Of a stretch of DNA of 64,000 nt, positions 23,881 to 35,411 are shown piece by piece (within the stretch, counting starts at the first letter, position 1; each line of letters starts with the position of its first letter). The DNA comes from Hamiltosporidium tvaerminnensis FI-OER-3-3. Its lineage: Eukaryota > Fungi > Microsporidia. The notes under the pieces are model-generated. The model did not search any database. It saw nothing but the letters and a program-made list of their open reading frames with translations, and had not been told where the DNA came from. Both the position numbers and the translations under genes were made by a program. The stretch covers positions 1,178,001 to 1,242,000 of the forward strand of contig CM061247.1 in the NCBI GenBank assembly GCA_022605425.2, in the 5' to 3' direction.

Positions 23881-25009
23881 TATCCATAACTCAGGTTATC
23901 CATTACTTACTATAAAAAAAACTCCAAATGAACTTTATAACTGTGCCTAACGTATTAAATTTCTTGAAATTAAAAAAATACTTTTTATGATTTTTAGTGT
24001 AAAAGAACAATTTATATGATATTGCTGACTTAATAAAGCGATTGAAAAAACAAGAGAATACTTGGTAGAATATGAGAAAGAATAACCTATTTAAAGAATG
24101 CCCAAAGTAATCCTGATGTCAACATTTTAAAGGATTATTATATTGCATAACAAGATATTTTATTAGGTAAAAAAAGTTTAAGAATAATAAAAATCTAAAA
24201 TGAAAAGAAATTGTTGATAAAGATGTTTATCAAAAAACACTTTAAAGGCTTTCTATATTCAACATCAATAGAAAACTTGCAACGTTTTTATGTCATCAAG
24301 ACATGAGACACATTGTTTATGTATGCAAATGATTCATAGGATGAATTACGTGTTATATCAATAGTTGTTTTTGCTTTCGCCATATAAAATAAATACCAGG
24401 ATAAATTCGGATATAACAACAAAATATTCCGAAATTATCTTTAAAAGATTTTTAAGATTCTAAAAATAAGTAAAATCAAATAAAAAGCAATTTAAGTAAT
24501 TTAAAATTATAATATTTCTATAATCCATTTACGCATTTCAAAGAAGTCAAAAGCTTCTAAATATTTACAAACTACTTTCAAAACTATTTTTGAAAGAGAA
24601 CTTCACCTCTACTTACTGCTTCTGACAATAATGCAAAATTTTTTAAGCGAATAGATCGAAAAGTTGTATAAATACTTAAAAAGTTGACGGGTTTAGGATG
24701 TACCTCATTATTGTTCAGAAGAGAAGCAAACCTAGCTAAGAAAACATACGATTTTGCAAAAACTTCCAAAAAAATAAACAAAATAGCCTCAAAATATTTC
24801 CTTTTTTATATAATATAGTAATATATGTTACCATATTACGTAGAACAACTTAAGCGACCATACAGAAAAGCGTCTTTAAATACAATGTCGTATTTTTTGT
24901 AAATATCATACTAATCCAGATACAATTTGGTTGAGAATAGTAAATGTAATACAGGTACCGATGACATGTTTTTAATTTAAATTAATTAATAAAATCATTA
25001 TAATTATTT

Positions 25010-25270
25010 AGGTTACAGCTAGATAACAACGTGTACATATCATAACTTACATACTTATCCCTTTCCTTTTCTACCTCTCGGTTTCGAAGATTTACAACTA
25101 AAAATTTTCAAATTGCTTCTTTTAATATGTTGTTACTCAGTATAACAGAGGATTGGCCTAAACACCCAAGTGGTTTTTATTCCACCAAAATATCAACAAT
25201 GATTTTCATATCAATTTCACACCCTCATCGACAACAAGATAGTTTTTAATGTGGCTATCCTCTCTTCACC
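25010..25270 (-). repeat. Short element family B, copy 1 (shares 5' head with family A)
   Basis: RC reads ggtgaagagaggatagccacattaaaaac...gatgagggtgtgaaattgatatgaaaatcattg...ggtggaataaaaaccac, then a B-specific body (ttaaaagaagcaa, ccgagagg). The left boundary is approximate. Confidence 0.7.
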
Positions 25271-25525
25271 GATACATAGCTTAAACCAGTATTTATTTAC
25301 TCTAAATACTTTGAAAATATGAGGAATGTTACAGATTAGCGAGGCTTTTCATAATTTCATAGATCAATTATTATTTCATGAGTTAAAAAATCGGGAATAT
25401 TCACATCTCAAAGAATTCGAGTTTTGACTTTAAGACTGTACAATCTAATATTATTTTATAAATAACAAAGACACATGTAGTATTCTACTGCATAATTATG
25501 GGTTATTGTATTCCCTTTTAAAATA

Positions 25526-27283
25526 CACCCTCTGTCCGGAAATATGGTATACATTTTAGCGATTTTTGTTGTCCGAAAATACGGTATACATTTGCGAAAA
25601 AATATAATAAATCAAAAAATGTACATGACAAGTTTATTTATTACCTTTATTTCGAACATTTTAATAAATATTAATGCAAATATTAAATAAAATTTAAAAA
25701 AAGAAATATTAATTTAATAAGTTCAATCGAAATTTGATTTGGCTTTATTGTATGCTTCTTTGGAACATACATATTTTTCTAGCAGTTGACCTTAGAGACG
25801 AAGTTTTCCTTTACTTAAATGAGGTATTTTATAGCGATTTCCTCCATCTGCTAACTTAATTGACCCCATACATGCTTGCAATGTTATAAAAACGTTTTTG
25901 AGAGTATTTGCTTCTTATCGATGAAATGCATCTTGGACACAATTTATTAATTCGTCAATTGTGTGTGGCGAAGCTTCATGTTGCAGCGATTGTATGGAGT
26001 TGAAAAAAACCTAAATCAAGAACATTTAAATTGGGAGTATTTGCCGGTTGCGACTTAAATTTAATATTCCAGTCATCAGCAGAACCAAGAGCGACAATAT
26101 CTGCATCATTATCAGAAAAATAGGGTTTTGCATTGTCTTGTTGTACGTAAATTATTTTCCTTTTGTATGCTGGCAGAAATTTAGATTTAATTGCGGAAAT
26201 CACATTATCAATGATCATGTTTTTGCAATGTACTGCTGTAACAGATTCCACATTTATTGTTATCATTGTCCCTTTAACCCTGTTCTTAGAATTTCTTTGA
26301 GCTGGTTCTTGATAAACAAATGGCCATATTCCAATTTTCCCATAAAAATAATCCTTTCAATGTGCATTATAGCGTGGTCGAGCTACTGCAGCCATGAACA
26401 CTATTTTCGTAATAAATCGCTTATTTTTGCAGTTTCTCTCCGGGTTTTCTTCGTTTAACATTAAGTAATAAGAGCGCTTATCTTTATTTAGATAAAACCA
26501 CTTTTCATCAATGTGAACCTAGTCGTACAAATCATCAAACAGAAAATCTCCATTATTAGCAAGATTTACTTTAGACAAGCAAAATTCCAATCTGTATATG
26601 TTATTTTAATTTGTTTTAGTTGGTTTAACTGTAGAAGATATTCTCTTAGTATACTTTCCCGACTTGAATACATCAAACAAAGTTGATTTTGGAATACCAA
26701 TTTCAAAAGAAAGACTGCGGAACGTTCCTCGACGATTTAATGGTGTATTCTTTATTTGCGCTAAATTGTTCGAATAGTCTTTAGGTTTTCTTCCGCATCT
26801 TTTTTTCTTTTTTGAAGGAATATCGGCACATATCTTATCCTTTCTGTATTGAGTTTGTGTTGCATGCCAAATTCTGCTAACGGTTAGCCAAGAAACTTTA
26901 AACGAGTAGCAAATTCTTTGATTAGACCGTGTTTTGACTTATTCTTCTTCATCTGCTGTAATAATTTTTCTAAAATACTTTGACGTTGTTCTTTAGTTAA
27001 CTGTTTATATTTTGAATCTCTGCTTTCTAAATTCAACAAATTTCCTTCAGAATTTTCCTTATTATTCGTCTTGCAGCGTTTCTGATTTATTTACCTTAAG
27101 AAATACTGATGTTTGAGCGGTAACTTTTTAACTAAGAATGATATTACTAAGGTTAAATATTTTAGGTTGTATTATCATGAATATTTACTATGACAATGTC
27201 ATGAGAGTTGCCTATTTATTTTTTATATTTACGATAATCAACGGTTTTTTTTGAAAAGTATACCATATTACCGGACGGCGGAG
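25526..27283 (-). mobile_element. Tc1/mariner DD39D (plant-type, Soymar1/Osmar-like) DNA transposon, transposase pseudogenised
   Basis: TIRs caccctctgtccggaaatatggtatac / gtataccatattaccggacggcggag, with TA on both sides. Minus-strand motifs are KKRCGRKPK, PLNRRGTFRSL, VHIDEKWFY and QQDNAKP...NVLDLGFF, with 39 residues between the last two Asp. Stops and frameshifts are present. Confidence 0.92.
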
Positions 27284-30200
27284 TACAAAATTATATTTTA
27301 TTAAATCCCCAATAGTGGAAGAAAGAAAAACGAAGGAGTGGATTTATAATTTAAATAACCCTTTCGTTAATCAATGCACTCTTTAGTTAAACGGGTTAAC
27401 AAACCCTTTAAATTAAATGATAGAGCTTGCCTCTATCAAAGATACCTTTTATTTGGGTGCCTCGAGAGAGGTTGCGACAACACCAAAACGATTTAATTTT
27501 TTTTTTGACAGTTTACCTGGTGCTATTATTAAGCGAGAACGATAATTTCCTTTTAATCTAAGCTCAAAAGAAAAGCTTGATGTTTAAAAAATTCAATGCC
27601 AAAACGAAAAGAATAAAATCAATTACACTTTAACAAAGTGCTTAACATCGTTCAATAAAATTTTTAATCTTTGTATTTCTATGTTATGTTATCTCAATAA
27701 TTTTTTTGACGCTAAGTTTAATTCCTTTTGCTTTAGATTATTTCTGAGAAAAACAGAAAAAAATTCAATATAAAGATATTGAATCTAGATAGGTCATAGC
27801 CATGCTGCTATATTCTAACGCTTTTCATATATTTTATTACATAAATATTGGTCTGATTCTCGTGTGGAAACATATAATTTAGGAAATATGAAAGATGAAT
27901 TTTAAGAGTATAATTCCAGGCTTGTTTATGGCGTCTTTTCTGTTTGATTTGGAGCTTGTAATAGCAAAATCTCTCATCTAAATTATAGATAAGATATAAA
28001 TATAAAATTTTTGATCTAAACAATTCAAAAGAACCTACGCGAAAAAACATTCAAAATAAGTTTTTACTGCGAATTACAGTTTAAAAAAAATATAACCATC
28101 CGATGATCGTAACTGAACCCCACTTAACAAAAGCAACTTTAATTAGATTCTTTATGACAAGTTAATTAAAATTTTGATTAAAAAATGCATACGAAATACT
28201 ATCTGCATACAATTCTTACATATTTAACAAATTCAGAGGTAAAATTTTCGAAATGATTGTTTGAAATACATAGATCTTTAAAATTATATCATAGTGAGAT
28301 TAACTAATTCCCTAAAAATCAAACAAATATAAAAACATAAAATATCCCAAAAAAATTGGGTTAAACATTAATGTTTAATTTGAGCCGAATTGTAAAATTA
28401 GAGCTACATACATTGAAATGCAATAAATAGAGATAAACAAATAGTTCTTATTTAGCGTAAATACATAGGGCTATAGTCAAACATATATCGCAACAAAAAA
28501 CAAACAGATGAGGATTGATGATCCAATTAAAGACTTTGCAGCATTTTGATCAAGAAGATAAAAATAAATGGATAAGTTACATAATAATCCTTTAAAGATC
28601 AAGATAACAAAAATTTTATATCATCACAGCTTAAAAATTCAATTTTATAAAAAAGAAGTCATAGGAAAATTAACAAAAATTTTTTTATTTGCATAACTAT
28701 CTTTCAAACATATAAAGTTGTTTTTGACCATAAAATAGATCTTTAGAGCTCACTAACTATTTTAAACAAACTCATAATCAGATAGAAAAAAATGCAAGAA
28801 CATTAGAATTTTTTTTTAAAATTAAATCAAATGTAAAGTTTTAACATATTCCTTGCACCAGAGAAATACATCTTTATTCATTAAATAAATTTTTTCATAA
28901 TTTAAATTTTAGTTTTTCTTGATCAACGGTACCAATAAACAACCAGGTTGTGTAAATCATCTTTTTTCTCAAAGAAAAATTCCAAAACATCGTGAATTAT
29001 AACTATTTCCTTAGAGAAATATATTTTTCCATAATTTTACACAGATTTAATAACAAATTTAAATATAATAATTTTATAAACACATTTTTTATTAAGCCTT
29101 TTTAATATTTTGTAAGAATACTCGCATTTATTTAGAGAGAAAAAAATATAATGACAATATTTTTTTACCGAGTTCTCGGTCTCTTACATTTAATTTTTAT
29201 ATTAAAGAGTTTACTATTGCATAAATTTATTTACATAGTTTCCATAGAAATAAAGCCCAGAAAGTTTATTTTTCATGAAAAAAATCAAGAAACTGTGATA
29301 AATACACCATTCAACCAATTACCTATATAATATGGCCAAAAAGGGTGGATTTAGGCTTTTATAAAGAAAAGGTGCATATTTTTACAGGGAACAAAAGTGA
29401 TTTCTTTAGCTTTGAAATCTTAAACAAATTTATTTCATTTATAAACTGGAAATTCTCGCATGATGAATTATTTCACTCGACCGGGATCTCTTGAATTTGT
29501 TATAACCCAAGATGTAACAGAATTTTATTCAAAGTCGAATTATAATTAATTAAAATTCAGGTTTAGTTTTGAAATATTATAAATCGGTGTTAATAAGATA
29601 TTTTTTTATTTTCATAAACTTTACTTATACCAAAAATCTATTGATCAAAATATTAATAGTTCGAAGGCTAAAATTAACTTTCGAAGCATTTTTTTTTACC
29701 TAAAAAATATATTTTCCGATGCTTAAAATACTTTTGAGTAAAATTTATGGTAAAGGAAAACAAAAACACTCAAAACTATCTCTTGATTATTATTAGGGGA
29801 AATTAGGAATATATCATCGTTCCAATTTTTAAAAGGTTGAAACCTATTATATTTTCGGTTATTCGTAAATATTTGTATAATGACAATTCTATCAACAAAT
29901 GATAAAATATTTGTATAAACCTTAGTTTTTGTTTTGTTATATAACAAGCTTTTAAAATATGATTACACTTAAAGAAATTGCAGCGCATAAGTATGAAAGC
30001 TTAGGTCGATAAATAATTTTAGAAGACTTAATGCCATAGAGATATAGAAAACATAACCAAAAAATATGGAAAGCAAATTAGAAAGTTTATTTCCAAGTAT
30101 TATATTCAAAAGTAGACTGATCGTATTTAAGTCTTTCCATATATAACTTATCCAGAAGCCTATCCAGTTAAAAAAGTGTAAATTTGATGAAATGATTCCG

Positions 30201-30959
30201 GTCTCACGAAATCAATTTTGGTTTCGACCCGCACTACATGCACCAGCGATAGAAATAATAACTTACGCGCAACTGACTTGGCAATCAAACGAATTCTACC
30301 CACTTTTTAGATGAAAAACACCGAGATTTAGGAATTCTTGGAATACCGATGTCCTGCTAGAGAGCAGTTATTGGTGTAAAATACAGAAACTCATTAAAGC
30401 CATGAAAGTAGTTTAAAACATCCCAATTCATAAAAAGATAGGATATTTTTTAAAAGGACGTTTGAAATTTTTTCTGAAAGCAGAATTAAATTTTAATGAA
30501 AATCACAATACATCGTGAAATATTCCACTTTATGATGAATACACCTCATACAACAATAGATTCCTTATAATATATTGATAAATAATTAAAAAGTTTTTCT
30601 CAATAAAAATTATTAGAACGAAACATTTTATAAACAACTTTCTGGATTAATTTGAATTGCTTTATTGCAATTACCCATAACTGACAAACCTCTATTGTTT
30701 CAATATCAATATTAAATATGCAATTTTCTTTTTTTTTGAAATGCATCTTAAAATAAATCACTATTACAGATTTTAGGAAAGCCTGACTATATCTTTTTTT
30801 AGAAAGACGAATTATATTCATTAAAAGAATCTAGAATATCAAGTAAAAGAAATGGATTAGATACTTAGAATATTCTCGAAAAGTCAACATCTCTAAAAGA
30901 CCTTATTAAATTATGCTATTTTAGCCACAATTTTTTCTAGTTTGATAGTATATAGATTT

Positions 30960-31195
30960 ATACGCAATATTATTTACTTGTTCTTCCATTTCTCGGGTAC
31001 CTTTCGGTGTCAAAGATGAGCAAATAGAATTTTTCTAATTGTATATATTAATCAGTTGTAACCGGGATTATAGAGGTTAGCCTATAGATCCCGTGTGGGT
31101 TATATCTCAAAAAAATGGCAGCATTGATCTTCACATCTTTTCTACACACTAATTACCAAGAAGATGGCTTTTTATATGGTTATCCTCACTCCACC
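30960..31195 (-). repeat. Short element family B, copy 2
   Basis: RC reads ggtggagtgaggataaccatataaaaag...gtgtgt...gtgaagatcaatg, then ctctata...ccggttacaac.gatt, shared with 63654-63908. The left boundary is approximate. Confidence 0.7.
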
Positions 31196-34100
31196 TTGAA
31201 ACAAAAATTATTATTAGTTAATTTTAATCCGTTTGTATTTACAAATCTTAGAGCAACCATTTAGCTTAAAGTTTCTGAACTCGATTTTTTCATACACTTT
31301 ATTTAAATAGGAATCTGTAATATATTGATTTTCATTCTATTTTTTTGTCCATAAGAGCATAAAAGATCTATAGTAATCATAATACAAATTGTATATCTGT
31401 TTTAAGATCCGTTGTTTCTAGGAATAAAATTGGCATTTTTGTTCAATAAAAAAACATGTTTCTTAGTCACCTTTCAAACACAAACTTTCACGACCATTTC
31501 ATTTTCGAATAATAAATTGCTAAAAGTTTTTACACATTGCGCATTGTAAATTTACAGATGGCTTGTAAAATGATATCCAAACAGTCTATCCCGTCTCTTA
31601 AAATTTGATGTTAGTAAATTGTAAAAAAATTTCTATATTCTGTTAAACAGGAAAATATATGCAATAGAGTATACTTTCTATTATGAAAGCACAATTTAAT
31701 TCATCAGCGAATTACGGATTATGTTTTTTTTATAAAACAAACTGCCTTAATTTTTCAAGTATACAAACTGATCAAGATTTTTTCAAAAGGTCTGCGTATT
31801 TTTGTATTCAACGAAGAATTTTCTGCAATAAAAATCCCAAGAATGCACAAATGCAAAAAATTATACAAAAAATATTTTCTAAGGAATTTTAAACTTTATT
31901 GAAGCCTTCTGGTTTTACACGCAACATTTAACTGCAAATGATGTTTGGAAGCTTTAATGTATATGATTCATATAAGAAACCATTCTAAAAATATCGATAT
32001 TTATTTTTTTGCCTTCCAAACAGGTCACCAACTCGGTTATTTAAACAAATGTAAAACTCCATAAAATCATTTTTTACATACAAATCAATCAGTAAGAATC
32101 ATTGAAGAGTCTCTTCTTGAAACTATTTGCCCAAAAAACACATGTTTTTCATGAATTATCTAAAAAGGCTAATAAATGAAATCAATATTACAGATTTCTT
32201 GCATACGTAGATATTCCGATTTGTAATGAGAAAATAATTTTGCTCTTTTTACAAGATTCTTTTTAATGTTTTTACACACATACCATTTCCTTTATCTTAT
32301 CGTTCTCAATTAAATATATATTAAAATAATATTTACGAATTTGAATTATCTACATGAGTTGCTTCCTCACATATCCAATTAAGGAAATAAAGATCCGTAT
32401 TTTTTAAGCCCGTTCAATTAAATATTTATCTGAAACCCAGTTTCGCGTATTTTTTAGAACCAGGGCTAGTATTCATTAGCAACGAAATTGTATTTTTTAT
32501 TAAAGGATCAATTATTATCCAAAATATAACCAACTTTGCTGATAAGATTTAAATGCCTTTATTTAATATTCCCTTTAAAATTTTCGGATTCAATTAGATA
32601 AAGTATATACTACTTTACACACATGCTAAAAGACCATTAAATTAATTCAAATATTTTATACTGGTAGCTTTTAGCAGTAAATTTATCAGAAACCGATTTC
32701 CCCATCATTAAACTCTTAAGACATATAACATCACACGTTATAAATATATTCCAACTCAATATACGAGCGTTGTATTACTAGAACAACTCTAAGATTTTAA
32801 AGTTTTTGAGCAGTATTTTCTAAAATCTATCTCAAATTAATTCTAAATATTACATATAGACATTTTAAATTTGGATAAAGATAGCGTATTAAGTGAAAAG
32901 CCCAAAATGCTATATTCATTTTGTAGAATCTAACACATTTAAATGATGAAATTTCATTTTCAAATGTAAACTTATGTGCCATTTTTGAGTAACATATACC
33001 CAATTAAAGATATTGTAATTTAAAAATCAAATCCCAAAAGAAATTAATGAATTTGCATTTATATTTGTTACCATGAAAATTCGTAAATTTCATTACTCAT
33101 GTTTTTTCCTCATAGTTTATATATTACAACAAAAACGTATTCATAACAAAAAGTATTCCACTATAGTTGGATCAAAAATGTACCCGATTATCCAACATAA
33201 TGCAACCGTTCTAATTTAAATATGCGATGTTAGTTATTCATCGATAATGTGAAACCTGAGATCGGAGATTCACTTTTATAGCAGAAAGTATTCTAAATAC
33301 CTCACGGTTTGCACTATTAATCAATTCTGCAATAATGAATAGTATGCTTAGAAATCATGTTTGAGGAATTACATATAGTCAATCCTGTGCCAATAATCAT
33401 AGTTTCGCATCCGAATTCAGTTAGTCTCTATGTTCTTTAAAAAAACAAATACCGTTAAGGTAAGCCAATACCCCTACCTGCCCTCAGAAATCCAAATTTA
33501 AACCAGATAGTATTAATGTCTTTTATAAATTTAAAAATATTTAAATTTAGGGTATACATGGATTAAAGCCAAATAGAATCAATATCTCTTTAGATATCCT
33601 AAAGTAGACTTCAGGTAATGCAAATATAATAAAAATATAAAAAAAAGAACACAGGGTCTTCAATAAAGATTGTTACAAAATATGCTGAAAATATAAGCCC
33701 AAGTATTTACAAGAAAGCTAGAATCTTAAAATTTGTGATTTGTAGCAATAAACACCAGTCCTTTATGGAAAATAGAAATGCCAATTCAAATTCCACACGA
33801 ATTAGTCGTATTTATATTATTATAAAATATTTACAATAATAAAATTAATTCAACCATAGATTTTTTTAGATTTATTTTCTTAGCACATGTTTGCCCCATG
33901 TACGATTTAAACGTAAATAGATAGTATTCCTACAACTATATATACGAACTAGCGTATATAATAGTTGTCTGTTAAAATATTGTAATCTTCTTGCAAAGAA
34001 GAACAGAAAATCCCAAAAGAATGATCCATATCGCTCAAAAGTATTTTGTCTTGGTTAAAAAGGCTTAACAAAGTTTTTAATACCTAAGAAATTCTGCTTA

Positions 34101-34647
34101 AAACCAATTTTTCAATCACTTAAACCTTGTCGAGAAATTTGACACAAAAACTTCGTCGACATAATGCATATATCAGACTACAAAAGAACAAGTCTGTAGT
34201 TTATGAGCATTTCTAAAAACTTTTTGCTAGAATTAAAAATTTATACATAAACAACAGACACCAAAAGACAATTTTTGATACAAAAGAAGCAATATTAATT
34301 AAAGTATTCTAATTTTAAAATCTACGGCATTATATTTTTGTCTTAGGGCTTTTTTTTGCAACAATAATATTATGAGACATAATATGTTAAACTACTGACA
34401 GCTATTAGTCTTAAAGAATTTTGATTTTTTAGGTTAAATAAAGCAAAAGCGAAGATTTATCCTGAGTTACGATAAAATTTCTTTTGTTTCGAAAAGTATT
34501 GTGCATTTAAATGTCTACATTAAATTGTCTTAAAAATTATTATAGGAAAATATCATTGTAACAAACAACATGATAGATTTGTAAAAGAAGAAAACCTTAT
34601 TTTTTACTTCATATATCAAACGTGACCCATTAAATTAACAGTCCTTT

Positions 34648-34756
34648 CCTTAAATTGGTTTTTTCAGAGTGTTTTAGGATTATTTTTTGAGAATAGAAAT
34701 TCTACTACGTTTTTTTGAAAAAATAATCCTAAAACAGTTTGAAAATAAATTCAAGA
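34648..34756. repeat. Long inverted repeat / foldback (19-bp perfect core, ~40-bp imperfect arms)
   Basis: tgttttaggattatttttt (34670-34688) vs aaaaaataatcctaaaaca (34718-34736), extending imperfectly outward. Confidence 0.7.
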
Positions 34757-35172
34757 ATTCTATAATTGTTTCTATTGCCCCAATAGTTTCTTTCTCAGAA
34801 AGAATCTGTCAAGTAAGTTCTAGATGTTTAAGTGAGTCAATGAATCTTGTGGATCTTATAAATTAATTGCGTATTTTAAAAAATATTTTAGCTAACATAA
34901 TACATAAATATGACGGTAGAAATCACAAAGATTGAGCGATAATTAAACAAAATCTTTAATTTTTCCAAAAATATTTTTTGATTTGTTTGTTGAAGTGGTT
35001 ATTTGGTATTTGGCACAACTGGTCTTCAATACGATAGCAAAAATATATTTTAATTTGTAAAATGATTATATAAAGTTTTAAGTTAATATTACATTGCAAA
35101 ATAAAGTTAAGAGAGCCTATTCAAAAACCCAGTAATGTAGTAATAATTTAATTGTATATAGTTAATAACAAA

Positions 35173-35411
35173 GCCCACCAGGCCGGGTGTCGAATTGGTT
35201 TGGAGTATTCTCTGCTTGTCGTAAGAGACGATTAAAAGGGACTGGTCCTCTATGTTGGGGTTCGGCGTAGGGTTAACAACCCACCCTTTTAAACTACTCT
35301 GTTATGAAAACCAAAAAAGTGAAAAAATCCACTGGAAAATAACAAAGTGATGATATTACTGAGAGAGGCCAAGGCTCGTACAGGGCTGTAGCGCCAAAAA
35401 TGAATGAATGA
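35173..35411 (+). mobile_element. RTE-related short non-autonomous retroposon (SINE/internally deleted element) with (TGAA)n tail and 15-bp TSD
   Basis: TSD atagttaataa(c/t)aaa at 35158-35172 and 35412-35426. The 3' end is gaggccaaggctcgtacagggctgtagcgcc + (tgaa)3. The 5' part has ctgcttgtcgtaagagacgattaaaaggg and gggtt.ggcgtagggttaacaacccaccc, which resemble RTE-clade UTR motifs. Confidence 0.8.

Noticed and set aside
30130-30560. Possible protein kinase pseudogene
   Set aside because: Only vague resemblance to the DFG/APE regions; no intact motif is readable.
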